Shown here one piece after another: positions 46,942-56,942 of a stretch of 64,000 nucleotides of DNA. The stretch's first letter is position 1. The number at the start of each line of letters is the position of its first letter. Location: NCBI GenBank assembly GCA_963737065.1, contig CAVTRC010000001.1:576001-640000 (forward strand), in the 5' to 3' direction. A program made the position numbers and the translations under genes. This stretch comes from Candidatus Eremiobacteria bacterium (GTDB lineage: Bacteria; Vulcanimicrobiota; Vulcanimicrobiia; Vulcanimicrobiales; Vulcanimicrobiaceae). The notes beneath the pieces are model-generated. The model saw only the letters and a list, made by a program, of their open reading frames with translations. It was not told the DNA's origin and did no database searches.

Positions 46942-46961
46942 CGTGGCTGCTGCACGAGTGC

Positions 46962-49031
46962 TTATTTCACCGGGAGGCCACGATACTCCAGAAGCGGGCC
47001 GATCTGCGGATCGCTCCCGTAGAACGCGCGAAACATGGGTCCGTAGTCCTCAGAGTGTCCCTTTGAGAGAATCATGTCGCGGAAGCGCCGGCCGTTCGCC
47101 CGCGTCATGCCGCCGTGGTCCACGAACCATTGGAACGTGTCGTCGTCGAGCATTTCGCTCCACATGTACGCATAGTAGCCCGCAGCATAACCGCTCGCCC
47201 AAATGTGCGCGAAGTAACTGGAGCGGTAGCGCGGCGGAACGTTTGGGAAATCCGTTCGCGACGATGCGAGCGCATGCGTTTCGAACGTATCGACGTTTTG
47301 CTTCGGGGCGCTTGCAGGCAGCGTATGCCACGCCATATCGAGTTCGTCAGCGGCAAGGCTCTCGCCGAGCGTGTATCCTTGACCGAACTTCTGCGACTGC
47401 TCGATCTTGTCCATCAGCGCTTGCGGCATCGGCCGCCCGGTCTTGTAGTTCACCGCGTAATGCTGGAGCACCGCCGGATAAAATGCCCAGTGCTCGTTGA
47501 ATTGCGAGGGATATTCGACGAAATCGCGAGCGGTTTGCGCGCCGGAAAGCGACGGGTACTCTTGGTCCGCGAAGAACGCGTTGAGCGCGTGACCGAACTC
47601 GTGGAACATTCCGTGAACTTGGTCGGCCGTTAGCAATACCGGTTGCCCGGACGGCGGCTTCGGTATGTTCTCGACGTTGTAGACGACCGGCTTTGTGCCG
47701 AGCATCTTCGATTGCTGCACGAGGCTGCTCATCCAAGCACCGCCTTGTTTATTATCGCGCTTGAAAAAATCAAAATACATCAGCGCGAGCGGCGAACCGT
47801 CTTTGTCGTAAACTTCGAAGACGCGCACGTCCGCTTGCCATACCGGGATGTCTTTGCGCTCCTTGAACGTGATCCCGTAGAGCTGATTGGCCGCGTAAAA
47901 AAGTCCGTTGTGCAAGACATTGTCGATCTCGAAATACGGGCGCACGTCGTTCTCGTCCAGGTCGTACCTCGCCTTACGCACTTGACCGGCGTACTTCTGC
48001 CAGTCGTACGCCTGCAGTTGGAAATGCTGTCCGTCTTTATCGATCGCTGACTGCAGTTGAGCAGCGTCCGACTCAATTTTCGCGCGGGTCGGCGCGATCA
48101 ACTGCGCGAGAAAACGTTGCACCGCCTCGGGCGTTTTGGCCATCTGATTCGTCAGCGCATACGCGGCGTAATCCGGATATCCGAGCAACGCCGCCTTTTT
48201 GGCGCGCAACTGCGCCATCGTCGCAATCGTCTCGCGCGTGTCGTTCTCGTCGTCTTTTTCCGTGCGCGTCCACGAGTGCTCGAAAAGTTCTTGACGCGTG
48301 GCGCGATCGTCGAGCGTTGCAAGCGCGGGCTGCTGCGTTGTATTCTGCAACGGGATCAGGTAGCCGCCCGGGTCTTTGCGCGCCTCTGCCGCCTGCGCTG
48401 CGGCGGCAATGGCAACCTCGCTCAATCCGGCGAGCCGCGATGTATCGTTCACTACGAGCGCGCCGGCCTTTGTGCCGGCCAGCAGTTTTCGTTCGAAGAC
48501 CGTCTGCAACGTGGAAAGCTGCTCGTCGAGGTGGCTCATCTGCGCTTTATCGGCCGCGCTCAACTTCGCACCGGCGTGCACGAACTCGGCGTGGGTGACG
48601 CGCACGAGCTGCTGTGACTCGGGGTCGAGATGCAGCGACGCAAGCTCGTTGTACACTTTTTGAAAGCGTGCGAACAGCTTCGCATTCAGATAGATCGCAT
48701 CAAAATGCGCCGCCAGCTTCGGTTCTTCTACTTCATCGATATGCTGGAGCGCCGGATCGGTATTGGCGCCCGTGACACAGTTAAATGCTGCGAGGACACG
48801 CGTAAGAAGCCGCCCCGACTTTTCCAACGCAACATAGGTGTTGGCAAACGTCGGCGGCGCGGGATCGTTGGCGATAGCTTCGGCCTCGCGCATCTGCTCC
48901 GCCATTCCCGCTTCGATCGCCGGCTCGTAATTCTGGTCCGCGATCTTGTCGAACGGAGGCGCTTGGAACGGCAAGGTGCTTGGTGAGAAAAACGGGTTTG
49001 CCAAAGCAAACACGAGCGCGAAATGCAGCAT
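46962..49031 (-). CDS. dcp: M3 peptidyl-dipeptidase Dcp
   Basis: NPFF..STLPFQAPPFD, KQGGAWM, FHEFGHALN, RDFVEYPSQ, PPRYRS.YF.HI, YAAGYYAY. Confidence 0.88.
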   Translation of the reverse strand: MLHFALVFALANPFFSPSTLPFQAPPFDKIADQNYEPAIEAGMAEQMREAEAIANDPAPPTFANTYVALEKSGRLLTRVLAAFNCVTGANTDPALQHIDEVEEPKLAAHFDAIYLNAKLFARFQKVYNELASLHLDPESQQLVRVTHAEFVHAGAKLSAADKAQMSHLDEQLSTLQTVFERKLLAGTKAGALVVNDTSRLAGLSEVAIAAAAQAAEARKDPGGYLIPLQNTTQQPALATLDDRATRQELFEHSWTRTEKDDENDTRETIATMAQLRAKKAALLGYPDYAAYALTNQMAKTPEAVQRFLAQLIAPTRAKIESDAAQLQSAIDKDGQHFQLQAYDWQKYAGQVRKARYDLDENDVRPYFEIDNVLHNGLFYAANQLYGITFKERKDIPVWQADVRVFEVYDKDGSPLALMYFDFFKRDNKQGGAWMSSLVQQSKMLGTKPVVYNVENIPKPPSGQPVLLTADQVHGMFHEFGHALNAFFADQEYPSLSGAQTARDFVEYPSQFNEHWAFYPAVLQHYAVNYKTGRPMPQALMDKIEQSQKFGQGYTLGESLAADELDMAWHTLPASAPKQNVDTFETHALASSRTDFPNVPPRYRSSYFAHIWASGYAAGYYAYMWSEMLDDDTFQWFVDHGGMTRANGRRFRDMILSKGHSEDYGPMFRAFYGSDPQIGPLLEYRGLPVK

Positions 49032-49058
49032 GTGTACGGTCCTTCGACGGGTTTCGGG

Positions 49059-49844
49059 CTACGATGAGAGCGGTTCGGCGGCGAGCGTCGCGGTCAGCGG
49101 ATTCGGTTCCCCGGTAATGCGCGCGACGTTCCGGTGAAACGGACTCAGATCAGCGTTTGTCACGTAGCGCGCAGTTCCCGCTTCAGTCGGAACGTGACCG
49201 CGCGAGAGGAAATCGGCGACGCGATCGGCTTGAACGAAGGCCGGATCGATCCGCAAAACGCGATCGCCGAGCGCTGCGGCGAAATGACGGTCGAGCACCG
49301 GATAATGCGTACAAGCCAAAACAACGGCATCGAGATCGCTCGGGAGTTGCGCGCACACCTCCGATACCGCCCGACGCGGCTCCGTACCGTCGATCTTCCC
49401 CGATTCGACGAGCGGTACGAGCAGTGGCGCCGGCACTTCCCACACTTCGCTCCCCGGAATCGCGTTTCGGATCCGGCGCCCATATGCGCCCGAACGCACC
49501 GTTGCCGACGTCGCGACGACGCCGATGCGCCGCGCGCCCGCGTGCTGCAACGCGATCGTCGCTGAATCGAGCAGGTCGAAGACTTCGGCATTCGTCGGCG
49601 GCCAGCCATATGCGTCGGCGATCGCGCACGATGTGTTGCACCCCATGACGATTGCGTCGGGCGCGTGCGCATCGAGCCACGCGAGATTCGCTTCGAGCAG
49701 CGCAAGTAACTCATCGTTCGCGCGTTCGCCATACGGAACGTGCGCTTGATCTGCGAAGTAAACGATATCGACGTGCGGCAAACGTTCGCGCACCCGGCGC
49801 ACGACGGTGAGGCCGCCGAGTCCCGAGTCAAAAACGCCGATCAC
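49059..49844 (-). CDS. murI: Glutamate racemase
   Basis: GVFDSGLGGLTV, PYG, GCNTS, LACTHYP. Confidence 0.95.
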   Translation of the reverse strand: MIGVFDSGLGGLTVVRRVRERLPHVDIVYFADQAHVPYGERANDELLALLEANLAWLDAHAPDAIVMGCNTSCAIADAYGWPPTNAEVFDLLDSATIALQHAGARRIGVVATSATVRSGAYGRRIRNAIPGSEVWEVPAPLLVPLVESGKIDGTEPRRAVSEVCAQLPSDLDAVVLACTHYPVLDRHFAAALGDRVLRIDPAFVQADRVADFLSRGHVPTEAGTARYVTNADLSPFHRNVARITGEPNPLTATLAAEPLSS

Positions 49845-51838
49845 TGCGCGTTGCCTGAAAGCGGGTACTGCGCGGTGTAGCGATCGATGCCGTCCGCGAT
49901 CCCTTCAGCGACCTTTTGCCGCCAATCCGGCGATGTGAGCTTTGCATAGTCATCGGGGTTGGAGAGGAACGCCGTTTCGATCAAGATCGCCGGCATGTTC
50001 GCATGCAGCGTGACGTAGTATCGCGCTTTGATCGTTCCATCATCCTTCGTGCCTAACATCGGAACGAGCGTACGATCGACGATGTCCGCAAGCGGCACAT
50101 CATTGGATTTTGAATAATATGTCGTCGTACCGTTGGGTCCGCTGTTGATATACGCGTTCGCGTGGATGCTGATGAATAATCGCGCACCGGAGCGGTTGGC
50201 GATATCGTCGCGAGCCTGTAGATCGCCGGCAGCCGAGCTGTGATAGCCCATCTGCTCCGCTTCCGCTTGGCTCGTGGGCGTTCCATCGACGTCGTGATCG
50301 ACCGTTCGCGTCATGATCACTTGCCAGCCGCGCGCGATCAACACGGCGCGAAGCCGCTTCGCCATATCCAGCGTCAGATCTGCTTCGGACACGCCGCCGT
50401 GAATCGTCCCGCGATCTCCACCGCCGTGTCCGGGATCGATCACGATCAGTTTCCGGTTCATCGGCACATAGCTGCTCCGGCCACCGCCGAATTTCCATGG
50501 CGTGCTGTCGTTGGTATTCGACGCAGCCGTCTGTTGACCGTAATCTTCCGGCGGTACCGGTGTGACGAGCGTTTGAGGTTCGTTCGCGGAGACGACGGAG
50601 CCAACGCTTCCCGTTCCGCTGCGCACTTCATCGGCGACCGTGTTGCTCCCGATGTTGATGACGATGCCCGTTGCGGACGGAGAAACGGAGAGTTGGTTCG
50701 TTCCCGTGAGCGAAAGCGCAATCCGCACCGTTTGCGAATCGAGTTGCCGAGCGCGCATTGCGGTAAGGGGATCGCTCTCGCTCTCGTCGCGCGCTCCGCT
50801 CTGCAATTGCGCGCTCTTGATATCAATCCAGAACCTATTGTCCGGTTCGCGCAGCCGATGCCACTCGTACGACGCATTGCCGCTGACCGCGATCGTGACC
50901 GTTGCGCCGGCTCGCGTTTGCTGCACCGCGATGCCGGTCACGTTTGCGGCGCCGGAATTGTCGATCGGGGCCGGCGTCACGGACGAAGTCGCCGGCGCGG
51001 AATTCCCGGAGGGAACGCCTGCGGGCTGCTGCACCGGAGGCGGCGGCACGTTCGATGACACCCTTGCAGCGACGAGCGGCGGCGCGCTCCCGTTCGCGCC
51101 GAAGCCGACTTCGAAATCGCCGTTGTTGCTGCGCGGAGCATCGTGACGCGCGTTTGGCGCGGGGCTCAATACGAGCGTCGTGCGCGGGTCGCGAATCGAA
51201 CCGCTCGTCGTAATGTCCATCGAGCGAATGCCGCCGGCCTGGATGTCGCGCGATCCATCGATCGACGAAGCCACTCCGTCAAACTCATAAACGACGCGGT
51301 CGGCCGCGTCGGAGACCACGCGCGGATGCAACGCAATGGCCGCATGCGCAACGAGGATCGCCTGTGATCCCGACCCCTGCACGTCGACGGACGTCAGCTG
51401 CGGCTGCAGCACCGCCGTGCCGCCGTCGTTTCTTTCTGCGAGCGAAAGCCCATGAAGCAGATCTTCAAACGGAAGAAAAACTTCATTGCTCTGCACGAAC
51501 GGCGCGAACGCCGCCGTCGCGGAGAGCAGGCCCATGTCATACCGTTTCTGCCCGACCGCAAAATTGAGAACGAGCGGTTGCGGTGTCGAGATCAAAACAT
51601 AACGCTCACCCGCGTGCCAGGTGAGCGTTGCGCCGAGCGACTTCAAGAGGCCGCGAAATCCCGGATCGTTGACGCCGACGGCCGTGCCGGCCGCGGTTCG
51701 TACCAGATGGGTGAATGTCAGCGTTTGCGTTTCGAACGCGTAAGAGGCGCTGTCCGCTCGTACCACTCCGGTAAAGAGCAGCGCGAGCAGCGCGACCGCG
51801 CTACCAGTCCGAACGACGAAGCGGCGTGTCGAGTTCAA
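49841..51838 (-). CDS. N-acetylmuramoyl-L-alanine amidase (Amidase_3) with AMIN-like domains; start approximate
   Basis: IDPGHGG.D, FISIHAN, PAILIETAFLSN; N-terminal signal. Confidence 0.9.
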   Translation of the reverse strand: MNSTRRFVVRTGSAVALLALLFTGVVRADSASYAFETQTLTFTHLVRTAAGTAVGVNDPGFRGLLKSLGATLTWHAGERYVLISTPQPLVLNFAVGQKRYDMGLLSATAAFAPFVQSNEVFLPFEDLLHGLSLAERNDGGTAVLQPQLTSVDVQGSGSQAILVAHAAIALHPRVVSDAADRVVYEFDGVASSIDGSRDIQAGGIRSMDITTSGSIRDPRTTLVLSPAPNARHDAPRSNNGDFEVGFGANGSAPPLVAARVSSNVPPPPVQQPAGVPSGNSAPATSSVTPAPIDNSGAANVTGIAVQQTRAGATVTIAVSGNASYEWHRLREPDNRFWIDIKSAQLQSGARDESESDPLTAMRARQLDSQTVRIALSLTGTNQLSVSPSATGIVINIGSNTVADEVRSGTGSVGSVVSANEPQTLVTPVPPEDYGQQTAASNTNDSTPWKFGGGRSSYVPMNRKLIVIDPGHGGGDRGTIHGGVSEADLTLDMAKRLRAVLIARGWQVIMTRTVDHDVDGTPTSQAEAEQMGYHSSAAGDLQARDDIANRSGARLFISIHANAYINSGPNGTTTYYSKSNDVPLADIVDRTLVPMLGTKDDGTIKARYYVTLHANMPAILIETAFLSNPDDYAKLTSPDWRQKVAEGIADGIDRYTAQYPLSGNAQ

Positions 51839-52325
51839 GATGTCCCCCCGGGAGCGTATCCACTTTTCGGCCCTCGATCGTAATCTGGACCGCATTGATC
51901 GGTGGAATTCCCGTTAGCGTGTACACGAGCCCTTTGAACTCGCCGTTTTCCGCGAACGATCCGCCGCCTGATGCCGTCACTTCTTTCGAAAGATCGACCG
52001 TTGCCGTCGTTCCGTTAACGAGAACGTTCTCTACGTGCGTTCCGGTCGGAAAGCGAATCGCTTGAACTTCGCTCGGTGGACCGGCCACGGATTGGACCGC
52101 GGCATAGAGGGCCACATTGTGAAGATGTTCGGTCGCGCTTTCGCCGGGCTGCGCAGGACGAAGCGAAACCGTCCACGTGCCCAAGCTCGAACCGTCGATT
52201 TTCGTATAATACACCGTCACGTGTCCGCCGCCCGGATTCGCACCATGCCGGTGCAGCACGAACCACGCGCCGGCGGCTACAACGATCACGAGGACGACGA
52301 CGAGCAGAGCGCCCGAACGCCTCAC
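51801..52325 (-). CDS. GerMN-domain protein
   Basis: AGP..FPTGT..ATVDLS..LVYTLT..VQITIEG. Confidence 0.85.
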   Translation of the reverse strand: MRRSGALLVVVLVIVVAAGAWFVLHRHGANPGGGHVTVYYTKIDGSSLGTWTVSLRPAQPGESATEHLHNVALYAAVQSVAGPPSEVQAIRFPTGTHVENVLVNGTTATVDLSKEVTASGGGSFAENGEFKGLVYTLTGIPPINAVQITIEGRKVDTLPGGHLELDTPLRRSDW

Positions 52326-52681
52326 GGTTTGCTGACTCCTCCGGCCATGCTCCACCCGACGTAGACGTTATAGAGCACGAGCAGCAGCCCCGCGATCGAG
52401 AACGCCATTGCGGTGCCGTTGCCGCCGGCGCGCTTGCTGAATCGCAACGATACGCCGTAGCACGCGAGAATCAGAACCGCCGCGACGATGTGAAACCATA
52501 CGCGCGGCGGCAACGGAACGCGCGATGCGCCCAATATTCCGGCGACGATGAGGCCGGTGACGAATTGCAGCGCGGCAACCGCGTTGACGACCCGGCGTCC
52601 CTGGGCGTTCCAACTAAAGATGATCGCGCACAACGCGAGCAAAAACGCAACGACGAGATGAACTTCGAGAACGACGCTCAT
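52322..52681 (-). CDS. Hypothetical 4-TM membrane protein
   Basis: Hydrophobic ORF with GTGA coupling to the GerMN gene. Confidence 0.65.
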   Translation of the reverse strand: MSVVLEVHLVVAFLLALCAIIFSWNAQGRRVVNAVAALQFVTGLIVAGILGASRVPLPPRVWFHIVAAVLILACYGVSLRFSKRAGGNGTAMAFSIAGLLLVLYNVYVGWSMAGGVSKP

Positions 52682-52781
52682 AGGGCGCTTCTGCGGTATC
52701 GTGCAGCGAGCGTCCTTCCTGCCGGCAACCTGCGGCAAGGGACCGGGATGCGCGAATCACGCCGCCGTAAAGACTTCGATC

Positions 52782-53504
52782 ATGACCGCAACACGCACGG
52801 AGTACGTTACGGTGCCCGTCTCGGACGGCACGATCATGAACGCTTTTGTCGCGCGCGCCGGCGCACCGGAGCGCGCACCCGGAATCGCCGTCTTTCAAGA
52901 GGCGTATGGCGTCAATGACCACATCCGCGACGTTGCGCAACGTTTCGCCGCGCTTGGTATGGTCGCCATCGCACCGGAACTTTTTCATCGCAGCGCCGCA
53001 TCCGGTTTTACGGCGAAGTACGGCGATCTCGATGCCGTGCGCGAGCACATGAACGCAATGACGCGCGAGGGGTTGGAAGCCGACATCGACGCGACGTTTA
53101 CGTGGCTCGCCGGCGATCGGAACGCCGATTCGGGTGCAATGGCCGCTGTCGGCTTCTGTATGGGCGGCCGCGTCGCGTACCTAGCGAACTCGCGTATCAG
53201 CTTGCGCGCCGCGGTGTCGTTTTATGGCGGAAGGATCGCGCCGGATCTGCTTCCGCTTGCGTACAAACAACGTGGACCGATTCTCATGTTCTGGGGCGGA
53301 CTCGATTCGCATATTCCGCCCGAACAGTACCGCGCCGTCGCCGACGCACTAACGGACGCGAAAGCGACGCACGAACAGGTCGTGTTCAGCCAAGCCGACC
53401 ACGGTTTCTTCTGCGATCAACGCCCCAGCTATAATGCGATCGCCGCGCGACAAGCTTGGGTGATGATGAACGAGTTTTTCGGCTCGTACGGCGCCCTGAC
53501 GTAA
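52782..53504 (+). CDS. Dienelactone hydrolase family protein
   Basis: QEAYGVN, GFCMGG, SFYG, ADHGF. Confidence 0.92.
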   Translation: MTATRTEYVTVPVSDGTIMNAFVARAGAPERAPGIAVFQEAYGVNDHIRDVAQRFAALGMVAIAPELFHRSAASGFTAKYGDLDAVREHMNAMTREGLEADIDATFTWLAGDRNADSGAMAAVGFCMGGRVAYLANSRISLRAAVSFYGGRIAPDLLPLAYKQRGPILMFWGGLDSHIPPEQYRAVADALTDAKATHEQVVFSQADHGFFCDQRPSYNAIAARQAWVMMNEFFGSYGALT

Positions 53505-53582
53505 GCTCGTAGATCGATGGGACGGTTGCAAGCAAGCGAACGTTAACGTTTATCGCAGCCCGGTAACGCGCACATGTGAGGA

Positions 53583-54110
53583 ATGGATTATAAAGCAATC
53601 GTCTCCGATGATGTGACCGAACTAATCCTCGACGACCATGCGACGTTTCGCCGGCTCTTCGCGCGGGTCGCGGAGCAAAACACCGAGGACGATCTGCGGC
53701 ATTTATGGTTTGAACTCGGTCCGTTGCTGTGCGCGCACGCGGTTGCCGAGGAGGATTCGTTTTATCCGGCGTTGCTGAAGGCTGCTCACGACGACGACGA
53801 CGTTGCCGACGCGATCAAGGACCACAACGAAATTCGGGACGCCGTTCGCGATGCCGACCGATATGATGTCGGCAGTGACGAGTGGCGAAGTGCCGTCGAT
53901 CGCGCTCGCCGTGCGAACGACGATCACATGCGCGAAGAGGAAAGCGGACCACTGCCTGCGGCGCGTCGCTCGATGGATATGGAGCAACGCATCGCGCTCG
54001 GCTTGCACTTTTTACGCTTGCGCAATGCGTTTCCAAGCGGGAAAGCCGGCGCCGACGATCACGACAAAGACCCGCAAACATTCGTGCGTGAACATGAAAC
54101 GGCCGATTGA
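53583..54110 (+). CDS. Hemerythrin-domain protein
   Basis: DDH, HAVAEEDSFYP, DHNE, HMREEE. Confidence 0.85.
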   Translation: MDYKAIVSDDVTELILDDHATFRRLFARVAEQNTEDDLRHLWFELGPLLCAHAVAEEDSFYPALLKAAHDDDDVADAIKDHNEIRDAVRDADRYDVGSDEWRSAVDRARRANDDHMREEESGPLPAARRSMDMEQRIALGLHFLRLRNAFPSGKAGADDHDKDPQTFVREHETAD

Positions 54111-54120
54111 TACACGCTGT

Positions 54121-55159
54121 TCATGGCGTCGTATCGTCGAAATCGTGTAACTGGGCTGCCGCGTCGATACTGCTCGCCGCATCCCAAGCAAACGTCGGGA
54201 GCCAATGCGTTTCGCTGTAGTATCCGGATGTCACGCGCCCGACGCTCGCGCCGTAGAGCCGTCGCGCATGCGTCGAGGAGTTCGACGTCTTCTAACGCAG
54301 CGGCGATCCGCGCGAGCGCTCCGGCGCGCGAGAGGTTGAGGCCGTGCAGATGAACGATATGGCCGTCGTCAACGTCCGGAATCGTCACCGCGGACAGAAT
54401 CGCCGAGCGCGCGGACAGGCTCGGTAAAAAGGTACTCCACCACGTTGCAAATTCGTTCACCGCAAGGGCGCGCCGCATGAGATCGGCCTCCGCCAGGCCC
54501 GGCGAAAGAAAATCATTGCCGCTGCGCTCGAAGTGCGCCGGCCAATCGCGATCCTGCGAAAACCACGCACGTGCACGATCGGCGATCGTTGCGGACAGAT
54601 CCGTAAAGCCGAGCGTTTGCGATGCGTCGAACATCAGCCCCAGCGAGAACGCCGTATTGGAATGAACGCCATGCCGAACCGGTAGCGGCAACACATCGAG
54701 CCATCGCATCGCGGTCGCTGCAATGCACTCGGCCAGTGCTCGCAATCCCGGGCCCCGTTGTGCGACGAGCGAACGCGTGGATCGCTCTGCAGCCGCCGCC
54801 AGCACCATCGCCCAAGCCCATCCGTACGGGCGTTCGTACGCCGCGCGCCGGCGGAGGTACGCTATCTCCGCATCGACGTGCGTACGTTGGAGGTTTGCAG
54901 CAACCGCTTCTTCTAACGTTCCGATCGCTTCCGGCGTTTCGCCGCATTTCGATGCAGCGTGCTCGATTAACTGAATTGCGGTCCAATGCGAATGCGCGCT
55001 GGAGTGCCAATCGAACGAATTTCCAAAGGCCGGATGCGCCGCGAACGGATCGTGTGGCGGCTCGCCCGCAAACGCAAGATGCGAATCATGGTAAGGATAC
55101 GCGGTCGTGATATTCGCCAAGACGACCGGGACGATGTGCGGTGCGAGTTCTTCGATCAT
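54121..55159 (-). CDS. DUF2891 family protein, frameshift near 54270
   Basis: HPAFGNSFDWHSSAHSHW, YERPYGWAW, R.GVHSNTAF, DFLSP, HLHGLNLSRA; shifted frame gives GYYSETHWLPTFA. Confidence 0.85.
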
Positions 55160-56121
55160 GAGAACGGAAAGATCAGCATGAAGCAGATGTTCGCGATGAG
55201 CAGTACGACGGCGGTCGGTATTTGAACTTTGATCTGCGCGTACTTGTCGCGCATCTCGAGCAACGCCGGCGGTACCAAATTGAAGTTTGCCGCCATCGGC
55301 GTGCACAGGGTTCCGCAAAATCCCGAAAGCATACCGATGGCAAAGAGCGGCGCGGGATGTGCGCCCATGCGCGTCACGAGCAACGGCCAGCCGACCGCGG
55401 CCGTCATGATCGGAAACGCGGCAAACGCGTTGCCCATGATGATCGTGAAGATCGCCATGCCGATCGCATACACCAATACGGCGAAAATGCGGGAGTGCTC
55501 GGGAACGATGTTGTGCGCGATCGTCCCGACTTGCGTCCCGACGCCCGCCTGCGTAAACAACAGCCCGAGCGTGGCAAGCATTTGTGGAAGCAATGCCGCC
55601 CAACCAATCGCTTCGAGCAGGCGGCGCCCTTCGGTCATCGCGATCCCGGGGTGTTTCGGACGTAAGATGATCGTCGCAACGACGAGCGCAGCGATCGTTG
55701 CAACGCCCAGCCCCACGAGCGTCTGTGCCCCGGCTGCGAAGAGCGCGTGGCCGCCGATCGCCATGCGACCCAGAACGACACTCACGAAAACTGTAACCGC
55801 CGGAATCGTAAGCGCGGGAACGAACAGTAAATTGCCTCTGCGCGACGCGCTCGCTCTACGTTCGGACTCACTCGTCGTGCGAACCGTTCCCGCGCCTGTT
55901 AATCCGAACCCGGCGATGAGGGCCATCGCGATCACCGCGACGCCGAGCAGCCACGGTGGTAATGTGGAAATGAAGCTGCCGTACCACATCGACGCGCCGA
56001 GTAGACACCAAAACAGCGAATTCGTCCAACGCTTCGGATGCTGACGATCGAACGCGATCTGCACGCCGACGATAAAGAAAAACGCGCCGAGAAGCCAGTA
56101 GATCCAGTCAGCGCCGATCAC
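55156..56121 (-). CDS. DUF979 membrane protein
   Basis: GWAALLPQMLATLG, MGNAFAAFP, GTLCTPMAANFNLVP. Confidence 0.88.
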   Translation of the reverse strand: MIGADWIYWLLGAFFFIVGVQIAFDRQHPKRWTNSLFWCLLGASMWYGSFISTLPPWLLGVAVIAMALIAGFGLTGAGTVRTTSESERRASASRRGNLLFVPALTIPAVTVFVSVVLGRMAIGGHALFAAGAQTLVGLGVATIAALVVATIILRPKHPGIAMTEGRRLLEAIGWAALLPQMLATLGLLFTQAGVGTQVGTIAHNIVPEHSRIFAVLVYAIGMAIFTIIMGNAFAAFPIMTAAVGWPLLVTRMGAHPAPLFAIGMLSGFCGTLCTPMAANFNLVPPALLEMRDKYAQIKVQIPTAVVLLIANICFMLIFPFS

Positions 56122-56813
56122 GGCGAGACGCGCTCCGGACGCGCGTCGTTGGCCATCTCCGCGAGCCGCTTGTCGAGTCGCAGCAGGCGGAAGCCGTGAA
56201 CGAGGAAGGCCGCAATCGCGGTTGGCGCGGCCCAAATCGCGATCTGCAGCGGATCGAGCTTCAAATGATAGCTCGCATCGACGTAGCTCGCAATGAGCAA
56301 TACCGAACCGATTGCAACGAAACAATCCTCGCCGAAAAATACGCCGATCGTATCTGCGGCCGCACTATGCGCTTTGATCGTCTCCGTTACGCGTTCGGGC
56401 AATTCACCATGCTTGCGCATCGCCGCGCCTTCGGCCATCGGATAGATCACGGGCCGCACCATCTGCGGCGTGCCGCCGATGCTCGTCAATCCCAATGCGG
56501 CGCTGAGTTGGCGGACGAATAAATACAGCAACAGTAGCCGGCCGGCGGTGAGCGCTGCCGCCTGCGAGATCAGTGCCTTTGCGCGCTGTTGCAAACCGTA
56601 TCGTTCTAAGATTCCGATAACGGGTAACACGACGAACGCGATCGTCACGGAGCGGCTACTCGCGAACCCGGTTCCGAACGCGTCCAGGACGTGCAATGGA
56701 CTAACGCCGCCGAGCAAGGCGGAAACGATACCGGCGACCGTGACGACGAGGAGCGGATTGAAACGCAGCGCGAACCCGATGACGACGAGGAGCACGCCGA
56801 GCAAAACGATCAT
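56118..56813 (-). CDS. DUF969 membrane protein
   Basis: GFALRFNPLLVV, LERYGL, MVRP..PMAEGA, FFGEDCF. Confidence 0.88.
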   Translation of the reverse strand: MIVLLGVLLVVIGFALRFNPLLVVTVAGIVSALLGGVSPLHVLDAFGTGFASSRSVTIAFVVLPVIGILERYGLQQRAKALISQAAALTAGRLLLLYLFVRQLSAALGLTSIGGTPQMVRPVIYPMAEGAAMRKHGELPERVTETIKAHSAAADTIGVFFGEDCFVAIGSVLLIASYVDASYHLKLDPLQIAIWAAPTAIAAFLVHGFRLLRLDKRLAEMANDARPERVSP

Positions 56814-56942
56814 CCCGTCCGATACGCCGTGCCGCCCCGCACCCCCGGCCCCTCTTCTGCCGCCGGTTTTTAAAGCGTTCGCAATGTTGCCGCGCGGACG
56901 CTGCGGCCGAGCGAGCGTCCGGCCGATAGTTGCTGTAGAGCG

